Positions 50,807 to 64,000 of a DNA stretch of 64,000 nucleotides are shown here, in pieces. The DNA is from Octopus sinensis (lineage: Eukaryota). Where the stretch lies: positions 94,116,001-94,180,000 of the forward strand of contig NC_043005.1 in the NCBI RefSeq assembly GCF_006345805.1, in the 5' to 3' direction. Numbering within the stretch: the first letter of the stretch is position 1; every line of letters begins with the position of its first letter. The position numbers were made by a program, and so were the translations under genes. The notes under the pieces were generated by a model, which did not search any database, had not been told where the DNA came from, and saw only the letters and a program-made list of their open reading frames with translations.

Positions 50807-53800
50807 GTCTGTGTGTCTGTGTGTGTGTGTCAGTGTGTGTGTGTGTGTGTAGGAAGTGAAGGATAAAAATGTGGACCTTTTATTTCCGTACAGACAACAT
50901 AACACTATCAACCTCATATCACCACAACAACATTTTATCCCGTCAAAAACTGATTGATTCTATCCCTTTCACCTACGACCTCAGCTACGTCAGCCGAAAG
51001 TTAAATCAACAGAGGATCACGTTTATACCTACAAACGTATGTCCATTTTTATAACTGCAACCACATTATATATACCATACTTAACACACACCATGACACA
51101 CCACAAATGTACCCTGAACGAGATGGACTATTCATTATTATACATCAGTTCCACACATTTACCCTGGTTCCATTTCGGACAACTGCACAAAAATTTGCCA
51201 TTTGACACATGTATGTAAACAAATTCCTTTCTTAAAAATTTCAATTCATTTTCTTTTTCAATTTACCTTTCTATACACTTTACACAAATATTTGATTAAA
51301 CAACTAAAACACTTCACATTTCGAACATGAACGTAAGCTACTTCCATTCTTACAAATCTAACTTTATTTTCTTGCTTTTAACACAACTTTCAATACACTT
51401 TACACACTCTGTCGCTATACTTGCATAAACAATTTCTTTCAGCTGCAAATATTTCTTTCTTTTCCTTCCACGGTCATTCACATTACAATTTCTATCTTTA
51501 AGTAACTTTCACCCTTTCTTTTTCACATAAAATGCTACCGAAAAAGAGAAGTCGCCTCGGCCGCCATACTGCAGCAGCAGCGGCGCAAAAGGCGATTATC
51601 GCAAACGAGTCCTCCGACAAAAAGGCTTTCAGACTTTCACAGAGCGCCTTACGTTCAGTGCAATCACGAGCTGCTGAAAATTTACAACAGCGCAACGCAC
51701 GCCTAGCAAAAATGGCTTCATACGATGCTGCTTCCAGGGCTTCAGAGGGTCTGGAAACAAGGTCGAAGCGCATGGCCATAAAGGCTGCTGCTGTTGCTGC
51801 ACAAAGGGCTTCACAGAAACAACAAAGGGCCACTCGACTGGCTACAAACGCTGCGGCTACTGCTGCTTCAACATTTTCCACACATTCCCACGACTCAGAC
51901 CAGCACAGCAACGTTCTACATTCCAGCGGAACAGTCGACGCCGCGATGCTACCCGCGGTCTGACGAGTCCAAACAGCCCTTACTGGCATCTACGGGCTTT
52001 CAAGTATGAGCCCAACTTCAATTACTCGATGCACGCTGACATAAATATTGGGGAAATGTGAATCAATTGCCAATTCTGTAATGCTAAAAAGTGGGCTGAG
52101 GAACCACCTGCAATGTGCTGCTTAAACGGTAAGGTCAGCTTGCCCCCTCTCGGGAACTGCCAGACCCTTTGAAGGAATTACTTACTGGTTCCACCTCAAG
52201 GTCATCAAAATTCCTTCAACTCATCAGGAAGTACAATTGTGCATTTCAGATGACTTCTTTCGGGGCTAACGTTGTCAGAGAAACTGGTTGGATGCCTACT
52301 TTCAAGGTCCAGGGCCAGGTGTACCACCTTACTGGGTCACTCCAGCCACTACAAAATTGCAAACCTTCGTTCCTTCAAATTACAATAGGCAACTTGATGT
52401 GCGTTTCGGCGTAATTCCACAACCTGCAAACACTGACGCTGACAATTTCGACAGGGACGTGCTGCTCAGTCTGCAAAACATGCCTCATGAGCACAACAGC
52501 TACATTCGCAGTTTCAAATACGCCTTGGAAACAGCCCCTTCACCAACATTCACCATTGTCATCGATGCTGACAAAAGACCTTCTGGGGAGCACGCACGCC
52601 GATATAACGCTCCTTCGTGCAATGAAGTGGCCATAGTTCTCCATGGTGAACAGCACAATAAGCGAGACATAGTTCTTCAAACCCGCGACAGGGACGTGCT
52701 GCTCAGTCTGCGTATTAATGAAACGCATCGGTCATATGACGCCCTGCAGTATCCCCTTCTTTTTACCGTATGGAGAAGACGGGTACCATTTCGGCATTCC
52801 TCACCACAAACCAAACGAGCCCACTGCTGCGACATCTAAAACTGTTTCATGCATGGCTTTTTACTCATACCGCTTCATGACAAGGCATAATGATTTGAAC
52901 CCCTTGCACAGATCACGGGAACTGTTTCACCAGTTTGCAGTTGACATGGCTGCAAAGATGGAGTCCGAGAGACTGTGCTTCATCAAATTGAATCAGAAGC
53001 AGCTGCGCTCAGACTCCTACATCCATTTGCGTGATGGCATCAGGAATGACACTGACGCTCGCAATATCGGCAAAATGTGCATTCTCCCCTCAACCTATAC
53101 AGGGGGCCCACGGTACATGCACGAGCGAACACAAGACGCTATGACTTACGTTCGGCATTATGGGCAACCCGATTTATTCATTACCTTTACATGTAACACA
53201 AAGTGGGTTGAGGTAACGCGAGAACTTCTCCCAGGGCAGCAGTACTGTCATCGCCATGATATTATTGCAAGGGTTTTCAGGCAGAAACTGGCTAAGCTCA
53301 TTCATTTAATAAAAAAAGGGGCAGGTTTTTGGGCCTGTTAACTGCCACATGTATACTGTTGAGTGGCAGAAAAGAGGGTTGTCACACGCGCACATTTTGC
53401 TTTGGTTGGTCAACAAAATAGACCCAACAGTTCTTGATGATCTCATTGCAGCAGAAATTCCGGACCCAACTGTTGACCGGCAGCTGTACAACATTGTGAA
53501 GGCACACATGGTACACGGTCCGTGCGGTCCTGGTTTTCAAAAGTTCTCCTCATGCCACAAAGACCACGTGTGCACTAAACGGTACCCAAAAAGGTTCGTG
53601 AACGAGACCCAGACCGGCCGCGACGGATACCCACTGTACAGAAGAAGGCACCCTGACAATGGTGGATTCAAGTGGATAATAGGTGGGTAGTACCGTACTG
53701 TCCATTTCTGATGAAAACTTTTAACGCTCACATAAATGTGGAGTTCTGTCATTCAGTCAAGTCTATAAAGTATATATGTAAATATGTTAACAAGGGTTCT

Positions 53801-56800
53801 GACGCTGCCATGTTTGGCCTTCAAAAGGATAATAGCATGGACGAGGTGTCACAGTACTTGGCAGGTCGGTACATAAGCAGTGGTGAAGCTTTTTGGCGGA
53901 TATTCGGGTTTCCACTTCACCAAAGGCACCCCGCCATCATACAACTAGTGGTTCATTTGGAAAATGGCCAGCGAACTTACTTTACTGAACAGACTGCAGC
54001 TGAATTGGCGGCAAATCCAAAACAAACAACTTTGACCGGTTTCTTTAGGCTTTGCCAACTTGACACATTTGCTAAAACACTTTTATACCCTCAGGTCCCG
54101 TCCTACTACGTGTGGTCAAACAACAATTGGGTGCGTAGGAAGTCGGGTCAGGATGTTGAAGGACATCCTGGTGTCAAGTTTAACAGTTGTCTAGGAAGAG
54201 TCTACACTGTACCTCCAAACCAAAATGAGTGTTTTCACCTGCGCCTTCTCCTACATGAGGTTTTAGGCCCACAAAGTTTTCAAGACATCAGAACTGTTGA
54301 TGGTGTATTATGTGATACTTTCCACGAAACCTGTTTTCGGCGTGGACTTTTGGAAGATGATTCACAATGGGGCGCCACTATGGCGGAGGGTGTTTCATTA
54401 AAATCTCCTAAAAAAAATCAGATCGCTTTTCGCTATTCTACTACTATGGTGTGACTTGGCTGATTCCGCCTCTTTATGGCTTACCTACAAAAATTATATG
54501 TCTGAAGATTTCCTGCGTCACGCTCAATCGCTACATCCATCAATGGAGGTCGGGTACACTGACCTCATTTACAACAGGGCGCTGCTTGAAATCGAAGATA
54601 CTGTACTTGATATAAACGGTAGTGCCTTGCCGGTCTATGGCCTACCTTCAACAAACCGGGAAGGCACAAACACTCTTCACATTTGCTGCGTGAGACATGT
54701 TTTAATGTTGACGAGCTTGCCGAGTACATAGCCGACAATGAGCCAAAGCTCCTTCCAGAACGGAAGTTCGCTTACAACTCCGTTGTTAATTCAGTCCGGG
54801 CCAAAGCTGGGGGGATTTTTTTCCTGGACACTCCTGGGGGCACTGGGAAAACTTTTGTCAACAAATTAATATTGGCTGAGATTAGGCGAACACAAGGCAT
54901 TACCCTAGCTATGGAATCATCTGGAATTTGCGGCTACTTTGTTGCCAGGCGGCAGGACAGCTCACTCCACTTTCAAGCTCCCGCTTGACTTAGCGAAGAC
55001 TGAGACACCAACTTGCAACGTCAGTAACAGCTCCGATCAGGCAGAAGTCTTCAGACGATGCAAGCTTATCGTTTGGGATGAATGCACGATGGCCCACAGA
55101 GGTGCTCTTGAGGCACTAGATAGATCTCTCAGAGACATCAAACACTCTTCAGCTCCCATGGGAGGCATAACACTTCTTTCAGGGGACTTCCGACAAACAC
55201 TTTCCGTTATTCCCAAAGGGACTAGAGCTGATGCAGTAAGTGCGTGTCTTAAGTCATCCACATTGTGGCCACTGGTGAAGACTCTCAAACTTCACACCAA
55301 TATGCGTGCTCATATGCGACGTGATATCACATCAGCAGCATTTTCTCACACCCTCCTTGCACTTGGCGAAGGCAAAATACCAGGGGATGAAAATGGTAAT
55401 ATTGCCATCGATTCCATTTGTACCATTGTTAAAACGCCTTCTGATCTCAGAGATGCAGTGTTCCCAGATCTACAAGCTAATATGGATTGGATTGGCCAAA
55501 GGGCTATTCTGGCCCCGAGGAATAAAACTGTTCACCATATTAATGATGAAATGCTAAAACTCATTCCTGGGGATGTCTATGTATATAAGTCTATCGATAC
55601 AACTCCTGACCCAGATGACGTCATCAACTATCCAATAGAGGTACTCAATTCCTTTGAGCCCCCCGGACTACCACCACACATTCTCAAACTTAAAGTTTGT
55701 GCCCCTATAATGCTCATTAGAAATTTGGTTCTCCCAAAACAATGCAATGGAACACGTTTGATTGTTAAGTCCTTATCTCCCAATCTGATTGAGACCACCA
55801 TTATCACAGGGTGCGGTCGAGGCAACGTTGTGCTCATACCTAGGATGCATCTTTTCCCATCAGGAGCAGACCTACCTTTCATATTTCGGAGGTCCCAGTT
55901 CCCAGTAAGGCCATGCTTCGCAATGTCAATTAACAAAGCGCAGGGTCAAACGCTGTCTGTGGCGGGAATACATTTGGGAGAGCCATGTTTCTCTCATGGT
56001 CAGCTTTATGTTGCCTGCTCGCGTGTCGGCAGCAACAGTGATGCTTTCGCATTCGTTCCACAACGAAAAACAAAAAACATTGTGTACAAGGAGGTTTTAT
56101 AGGATTACTACGTTTCATCATTTTCGAACACGTTAGTATTTCACTTACATACGACTCTCTTTTATGATGGCAGTTACATTTTTAGGCGTTTCCTGACATT
56201 AATTCACACTTAACCAACACCAGTCCTTCGTTCACCTCTATTTCTATCCATTCATCATCAAACCACCAGCCTCATCTTCTATATCCAACGTACATGACAC
56301 ATCTACCCCCTATATCTACACTCTCACTGTTAAAGTTTACATAAGCGACAACACGATCGCAACATACACTTTGGAAACTAAGCAACAGATCATTTTATAC
56401 AACTTCAAATTTAATCATAATGCCCATCAATGAAAACATCTCCACCACTGTGTTGTGATTCATCTATTCAGCACCACTACAGTCTTACCGGTCTGACATA
56501 TGGTGAGTAGATGCTATTGTTCTATAATTTCTAAATTACCCATATTTACTTACCCATGCTTCATTCCCCTCTTGCCTACATAGGGCATCCATTCTCTTTT
56601 AACACAGCATGAAGTTTTGTAACAGTACATCCGCTGCCGTTCGTGGAAAACGACAAGACCCAATTCACCTGCGAACGTTTTACACCACCTTCCACGACTA
56701 TCAAATTCTTACAATTATGAGAACAATAACATGGCTCTTTTCAAGGCAACATCGCATTCAATTCTTACATCATTCTACGAAGGGTTAGGAACCCCTTTAC

Positions 56801-56943
56801 ACGGCTTTCTGTACACTTACAAATACATTCATTCGCCGTAAACTTATATCAATATTTGCCTGAATAATCATCATAATTCAGTGCAATCATTAAAAGTACT
56901 TTCAAGCAATTCAGCCCCGAGCATCGCCAGGCAATTCTGCTAG
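47654..56943 (+). mobile_element. Helitron, ~9.3 kb, with 5' A|TC and 3' CTAG|T termini; probably composite
   Basis: TCTATATATATAAAAC at 47654; eroded hairpin gccccgagcatcgccaggc then CTAG at 56940-56943; RepHel coding region inside. Confidence 0.8.
51532..56102 (+). pseudogene. Helitron RepHel (HUH Rep plus Pif1 helicase), multiply frameshifted
   Basis: PDLFITFTCN, VEWQKRGLSHAHILLW, YPLYRRR, KYICKYVNKG; GPGGTGKT-like Walker A (TPGGTGKTF), GRTAHSTF, LIVWDEC, GDFRQ, AMSINKAQGQT, HGQLYVACSRV. Confidence 0.92.
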
Positions 56944-56944
56944 T

Positions 56945-57000
56945 ATATATATACATACAGATATATATATGCATATACATATATATATATATATACATAC

Positions 57001-57081
<81 letters not shown>

Positions 57082-57098
57082 ATATACATATACATACT

Positions 57099-57152
<54 letters not shown>

Positions 57153-57270
57153 CTATATATATATACATATTCATATATACATACATATACATACAAACAT
57201 ACATATATATATATATATATTCATATATACATACATATACATACAAACATACATATACATACAAACATAC

Positions 57271-57327
<57 letters not shown>

Positions 57328-57335
57328 CATACATG

Positions 57336-57368
<33 letters not shown>

Positions 57369-57388
57369 ATACATATATACATACATAA

Positions 57389-57424
<36 letters not shown>

Positions 57425-57425
57425 T
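56945..57425. repeat. (TA)n/(TACA)n microsatellite
   Basis: Directly visible. Confidence 0.95.
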
Positions 57426-57578
57426 AATAAATAATTATATTATTTTTAAATAAATAATATAGTAATATAAATTACTTTCAACATAATATATATGTATTTT
57501 ATTTGATTACTTATTATTTAGACTTTAAATTTATAGTAAATAGTCTTTTAAATTAAATATTTTAATTTTATGTACTTA

Positions 57579-57964
57579 CTAGCAGTATCGCCCGGCGTTG
57601 CTCGGGTTTGTAAGGGAAATAACTATAAAGCATTTTTAGAGAGTTATAGCCAAAATATAGCAAAAAAAATGGAAGAAAATGATGGTAAATTTTTTTTTAA
57701 ATCGTTGACTCATCGTAGACATTTTTAGAGAGTTACTTCCCTTATATAATAGCGAAAAAATGCATTAAAATGGAAAAAAATGATGGTAATTTTTTTTTTA
57801 AATCGTAGACTCATCGTAGACGCGCGCTAATACCCAGAAGGGCTCGATATGAATCACGACTATAAGATACCCGCTTTTGGTTACACTGTACCGCAAAATG
57901 TGGGAGTAGTTAGGAATCTAAATTGTAGGAGACAGACACACAACTTGACTTTTATATATAAAGA
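57579..57964 (-). mobile_element. Non-autonomous Helitron with both termini
   Basis: Same 3' end as 30177 (cccgagcaacgccgggcgatactgCTAG|T) and an A|TC 5' end. Confidence 0.85.
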
Positions 57965-58069
57965 TATATTACATTTAACTTATCTTTAATATTATTAAAC
58001 CTTATTTTGTCTTATGCGGCTTATTTATTTTATTGTAGATATTATTTAATAGTATTAGAGTATTTTTTT

Positions 58070-60960
58070 ACTTCTCTTTGTGGCTGGTGACTTCAATGGG
58101 CATGTTGGACAACATGCTGGGGGCTTCCATGGTGTACATGAAGGCTATGGTTATAGTTCCTGCAATGAGGAGGGAACCAGGCTGCTGGAGATCTGCGATG
58201 AAAATGATCTTATGGTTTGCAACACTAACTTCAGGAAACCTACCAGCCACCTAGTCACCTACCAATCGGGCTGACATACTAGCCAAATTGACTACATCCT
58301 TGCCAGGAAAAGGGAAAGATGGCTGCTTCCCAGGCGAAGAATGTACCCCACAACATAGACTGGTAGTTAGTGACTTTAAGATCAGGACTAAGAGGACGAC
58401 CAGAAGACGACCAACATGGAGAAGAGAGATCTGGAAGCTTAAAGATCCTGCGAATGGACAGAGACTTAGGAACATATTACTTGAAGCCTTTAAAGAAGTA
58501 GAAGGGGATATAGCTTCACATGGGGTAGATGACAACTGGAGGTTTCTAAGAGACAACCTGCTGAGAGTCGCTGACCAGATCTGTGGTTGGTGCAAAGTCC
58601 CCTCTCGACCCAAAATAACATGGTGGTGGAACAATGTTGTAGATAGGATTATTAGAGAAAAGAGACAGGCTTGGAAGGACTGGAAGGGTGGTGGTAGCAG
58701 GGAATCGTATCAGACTGCCAAAAAAGAAGCTAGGAAACAGGTTTATTTAGCCAGAGGGCAAGCAGATAAGAAAAAATTTGCCAATGTTCTGCGCCGTGAG
58801 GACAAAAGACTTGAGGTATTCTGTGTTGCAAGACAGTGTGTGAGAGAGAATCGTGATGTTGTCCGCATGAATGATGGTTCTCTTGCACTGAATGAGGCTG
58901 CAAAGAGAGAGGGCTGGAGAAGCCACTATGAAAGTTTGCTGAACAAAGAAAATGAAGAAAGAGAGTCTGCAGATTGTCGACCCGACAGAGGGACCAGCTA
59001 TCCGAGTTGACAGTACCTTGGTAGTTAAAGCAATTAAGAGTATGAAGGCAGAGAAAGCCCCCGCCTATCAGGAATTACTGCAGAGATGCTTAAAATATCT
59101 GGCAGTGTCGGCTATAGCCTAGTCACCCATATAGTTAACCAGGTGATACACAAAGGAGTCATACCCAATGACTGGTGTAGCAGCATAATAGTCAACTGCT
59201 ACAAAAGTAAAGCTGACGCTCTAGATACAAATAATTACAGAGGTATCAAGTTGCTGGATCAAGTAATGAAGGTTACGGAGAGGGTCATAGCCCAACTAAT
59301 TAGAGAGAGAGTTAGTTTAGATGAGATGCAGTTTGGGTTAGTGCCAGGGAAAAGTACCACTGATGCTATATTCTTGGTAAGACAGCTGCAGGAGAAATAC
59401 CTAGCCAAAGATAAGCCCCTGTACCTGGCTTTTGTTGACATGGAGAAAGCCTTCGACAGGGTTCTCCGATCCCTTATATGGTGGTCAATGAGGAAACTAG
59501 CGATAGATGATTGGTTAGTGAGAGATGTGCGAGCCATGTACAGGAACGCTGCAAGTAAAGTGAGGGTTGGCAATAAGTACAGTGAAGAATTCCGGGTAGA
59601 GGTAGGGGTCGACCAAGGTTCAGTCCTCAGCCCCCTCCTATTTATCATAGTTCTCTAGGCAATAACGAAGGAATTCAAGACAGGATGCCCCTGGGAGCTC
59701 CTATATGCTGATGACCTTGCTTTAATTGCTGAGTCACTATCAGAACTGGAGGAGAAGTTTCAGGTGTGGAAGCAAGGATTAGAATCGAAGGGCCTTAGAG
59801 TCAACCTAGCTAAAACCATAGTCCTAATATGTAGGAAGATTGACAAATCACAAACGCCTTCAGGTAGATGGCCCTGCTCGATCTGTAGAAAAGGCATAGG
59901 TAGAAACTCTATAAGATGCACCAAGTGTAAGCTATGGACACATAAGAGATGCAGCAATGTCAAAGGGAGGCTAACTAGGAAGATAGTTTTTGTATGTGGC
60001 AGATGCTCAGGAGCAATAAACACTGAAAATGCTCAGAGAACAACTTCCGCCACATTCCAGGGAGAAAAAACTAGAAATAGTTGATAGCTTCCATTACCTA
60101 GGTGACCAAGTCAGTAGTGGGGGAGGGTGTGCTGAAAGTGTAACTGCTAGAGTAAGAATAGCCTGGGCAAAGTTCTCTGCTGGTGACAAAAGGCCTCTCG
60201 CTCAGAGTAAAAGGCAGACTGTATGAACAGCCATGCTACATGGAAGTGAAACATGGGCTGTGACTGCTGAGCATATGCATAAGCTCGCAAGAAATGAAGC
60301 CAGTATGCTCTGATGGATGTTTAATGTCAGTGTGCATACTCGACAGAGTGTAAGTACCTTGAGAGAAAAGTTGGACCTAAGAAGCATTAGTTGTGGTGTG
60401 CAAGAGAGACGTTTGCGCTGGTATGGTCATGTTGCGAGAATGGATGAAGATAGTTGTGTGAAAATGTGCCGCACCCTAGCTGTTGAGGGAACCTGTGGAA
60501 GAGGTAGACCCAGGAAGACCTGGGATGAGGTGGTGAAGCATGACCATCGAACTTTAGGTCTCACCGAGGAAATGACTAGAGACCGAGACCAATGGAAGTA
60601 TGCTGTGCGTAAGAAGACCCGGCAGGACAAGTGAGGCCATAACCCGTGGCCTCTACCTGGGATGTAGCCAGTCCACTTATGCATACCTTTCCTTCTTGGG
60701 ACACAAAACTCTATTTGTGACGACCTGTTGAGGCAAGTGAAAATCAAAATCGAAATTGATCGACATCAATGGTAATTGTAGCTGTGATACCAGTGCCGGT
60801 GGCACGTAAGAGAACCAGCCGAACGTGGCCGTTGCCAGCGCTGCCCCGACTGGCCTCCGTGCCAGTGGGACGTAAAAAGCATCATCCGATCGTGGCTGTT
60901 GCCAGCCTCGCCTGGCCTCCATGCCGGTGGCACGTAAAAAGCACCGTCCGATCGTGGCCG
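58070..60960 (+). mobile_element. RTE LINE, 5'-truncated, with ~60-bp subrepeats in the 3' UTR; disrupted
   Basis: AGDFNGHVG (APE), NYRGIKLL, AFVDMEKAFD, QGSVLSP, LYADDL, GRGRPRKTW. Confidence 0.93.
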
Positions 60961-60999
60961 TTTTTTCCTTGTAAGTTTGGATTTTATTCCCTCAAATAA

Positions 61000-61032
<33 letters not shown>

Positions 61033-61034
<2 letters not shown>

Positions 61035-64000
61035 TCCCGTCTGTCTTGATAGACAATGGGTCGCGCCAAGGGTGGGGCCTACTTTGATGATGAGCAGCGT
61101 CTGCTGTGACTGAACAGTCCAATTCTAGAGTGGCAGTCCCTGGTACAGTTGCTGCACACGAACATCGATGGGTACGTGTGGGGTGTTGCTGCAGTTGTCC
61201 TCCTCCTGTCCCGCCTGTCCGACCACAGCTGTACTCTCCTTTCCTCAGCCATGGAAACGCCTTTCCTCACTGTCCGACGCCAGGCAGAGCGGTCAGCAGC
61301 TGTTACCTCCCACGTGTCCACACAGATGTTAGCAGTCCTCAGGTCGCGCTTGCACACATCCCTATCGTAGCTGTGGACGTCCCTTGGGTCGGGATCCCGT
61401 GGTGAGTTCGCTGTACAGGATGTCTTTAGGCATGCGACCGTCCTGCATGCGGCAGACGTGTCCGAGCCAGCGCAGTCGTCTCCGCACGAGGAGGGCATGC
61501 ATGCTTGGCATATTAGTCTGTTCTAGGATGACTCCGTTTGGTACTCGGTCCTTCCAGGAGATGCCAAGGATCCGTCGAAGACACCGCATGTGGAAGCCGC
61601 TGAGGCGGCATTCTTGCCGGTGTATGTTGTCCAGCTCTCGCTGCCGTAGAGTAGGTGCTCAGCACGCAGGCTCGGTACACTGCGACCTTGGTGGTTATTG
61701 TGAGCATGTTGTTTTCCCACACTCTCCTGGAGAGCTTAGCCATGGCAGCAGCAGCCTTCCCAATACGTCTGTTCAGCTCCGGCTCGAGGGACAGGCTGCT
61801 GGAGACCGTCGATCCCAGGTAAGTGAACTCGTTCACCACCTGCAAGCTGTGGTCGCCGACACTGATGCTGGGGACCCCTCCGACGTCCTGGCCCATGATC
61901 TCTGTCTTTTTCAGGCCGATGGTAAGGCCGAACTCTTGGCAGGCATCCGCCAGGGAGCTGACCAGCCTCTGGAGACCCGGCTGGTTGTGTGATGTTAGGG
62001 CGGCATCGTCAGCAAAGAGGATCTCTCTGATCAGCACCTGACGGACTTTGGTCTTAGCTCTGAGGCGCGCAAGATTGAACAATCCACCATCAGCCCTGGT
62101 GTGGAGGAACACTCCGTCGTCGGACGTTCTGAAGGCATAGGACAGGACAAGGAGAAGAAAATTCCGAAGAGCGTCGGCGCCAGAACGCAACCCTGTTTCA
62201 CTCCACTCTGGATGGGGAACGACTCCGAGGGCGATCCGTCAAACTGCACTGTTCCCTGCATACCGTCGTGAAAGGAGGTGATGAGTTTCAGCAGTCTGGG
62301 AGGGCAACCTATCCTACCCAGGAGCGCAAACAGCCCCTCCCTGCTGACTGAGTCGAACGCCTTAGCCAGGTCGATGAAGGCCACGTATAGGGGCTGTCTC
62401 TGTTCTCGACTCTTTTCTTGAAGCTGCCTGAGTGAGAAGATCATGTCGATTGTAGACCTCTCTGCCCTAAAGCCAGACTGAGACTCGGGGTACACACGCT
62501 CTGCAAGCATTTGCAACCTCTTCAGGACCACCCTGGCAAATGCCTTACCGACAGTGCTGAGCAGTGATATGCCCCTGTAATTATTACAGTCGCTTCTGTC
62601 CCCTTTGTTTTTATACAGTGTGATGATGTTTGCGTCACGCATATCCTTAGGGACAGAGCCCTCCTCCAGCACTGACAGAGCAGCTCGTGAAGATGGCCCA
62701 GAAGGGCTGGCTTCCCGCACTGGATGACTTCTGCGGGGATGCCGTCTTGCCCTGGTGCCTTGCCCCGAGCGAGTGAGTCAATTGCTTTGCTCAGTTCTTC
62801 CTTTGTTGGAGGCAGGTCAAGCTCCTCCATGACAGGCAGAGCAGGAATGCCGGCGAGGGCAGACCTGGTGACCACATTCTCAGTGGAGTAGAGGTTCTGG
62901 TAATGCTCGACCCACCTCTCCACCTGCTTCGCTTGGTCCTTGATGACCTCGCCATCCCTGGACTTCAGTGGAGCAACCTTGCTGACAGTGGGCCCGAATG
63001 CTTTCTTCATCCCCTCGTACATCCCTTTCACGTTACCACTGTCAGCACAGCACTGGATGTTCTGGCATAAGTTCTGCCAGTAGATGTTGGCGCAACGTCT
63101 GGCCGTCCTCTGGGCGTCGCTTCTGGCTGTTCTCAGAGTAGCCAGGTTCTTTTCTGATGGGTCGCGCTTATAGTTGACCAGTGCTTCCCTCTTGGCAGCA
63201 ATGACAGGCTCCATCTCAGGCAGGTGAGCTTCAAACCAGTCTTGATTCGTCCGCTCCCTCTTTCCTAGGGACGACATGGCTATTCTGCAAGTGGTGTCGC
63301 GAATAAGCTGCCATCTCTCCTCGATGGACGTGGCTGCGTGATCTTTAAGGGCCTCCTCCATGCGGTTGGTGAATTCCGAGCGGAGGTCGGGGTTGGTTGT
63401 CCTGGTGGTGTTGATGCGTGGGCGGCTTTTCCCTACGGGACGGCGGATTTTCTTTGGGGCCAATCGGACCCTGCTGCACACCAGAGAGTGGTCTGTATCA
63501 CAGTCAGCACCATGGTAGCTGCGTGTGAGAAGCACACTTCCGAGGTGGGCTCGCCAGGTGATGACCATGTCCAGTTGGTGCCAGTGTCCGGACCTTGGGT
63601 GCCTCCATGAGACCTGGTGTTGTGGCTTAGTCATGAAGAATGTGTTGGTAACGCAGAGTTTCAGGTAAGAGCAAAGCTCCAACAGTCTCTGGCCATTCTC
63701 ATTCATCTTCCCCACGCCAAAGCGTCCAAGGCAATCTGGCTATGCCCCATGATCGGATCCCACCCTTGCGTTGAAGTCGCCCAGAAGGAAGATGGGCTCC
63801 GACCCTGGTATCTGGCTGATGGTGGCGTCGAGCTCCTCATAGAACCGGTCTTTTATTTCCTGAGGAGAGTGGAGTGTTGGGGCATAAGCACTAATTATGT
63901 TTACCTTCCCCGTTGATGTTGCAAGGCCAAGAGTGAGGATGCGCTCTGAGCCATTTGAAGGAGGGATCGCCATGGGGAGCAAGCTGTTCCTCACGGCAAA
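61033..64000 (-). mobile_element. GC-rich RTE-BovB-like LINE (APE plus RT, runs off the window end), frameshifted
   Basis: ISAYAPTL, LLGDFNARVG, NYRGISLLS, GVKQGCVLAP, ADGGLFNLARLRAKTKV, LFADD, RLRWLGHV, CHSRIGLFSH; 3' end abuts (TA)n. Confidence 0.92.

Noticed and set aside
59472-59481. Perfect CArG box CCTTATATGG
   Set aside because: Isolated, inside RTE coding sequence; a few such matches are expected by chance in 64 kb
60770-60960. CRISPR-like repeat array (also 8690-8960)
   Set aside because: Degenerate ~60-bp tandem subrepeats of the RTE 3' UTR; no unique spacers or cas genes; eukaryotic context

Overview
AT-rich, microsatellite-saturated animal DNA. The repeat families, (TA)n/(CA)n density and LINE types suggest an octopus-like cephalopod; the species is inferred, not proven. 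The only host gene I can support is an uninterrupted, apparently single-exon serum response factor (SRF) CDS on the minus strand (19313-20914). About 360 bp upstream of its ATG are two perfect CArG boxes with Ets-, E-box- and GC-box-like neighbours, resembling the autoregulatory mammalian SRF promoter. The rest is mobile-element DNA: RTE LINEs of two lineages (one GC-rich and BovB-like), a near full-length CR1-type LINE, a Penelope-like element (PLE), R4/Dong-like fragments, two mariner remnants, a Tc1 (DD34E) element, a ~9.3 kb Helitron with both termini plus non-autonomous Helitron relatives, tRNA-derived SINEs and nested MITEs. Unexplained by the ORF track is a set of non-coding fold-back and tandem elements embedded in (TA)n. 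Some carry minimal hammerhead-ribozyme-like cores (four copies in a ~543-bp tandem/inverted array at 32-34.4 kb, one at 39.4 kb), a candidate PLE-dependent retrozyme-like system. Many frameshifts in repeats may be residual long-read indel errors, so pseudogene status and fold-back junctions need read-level confirmation.
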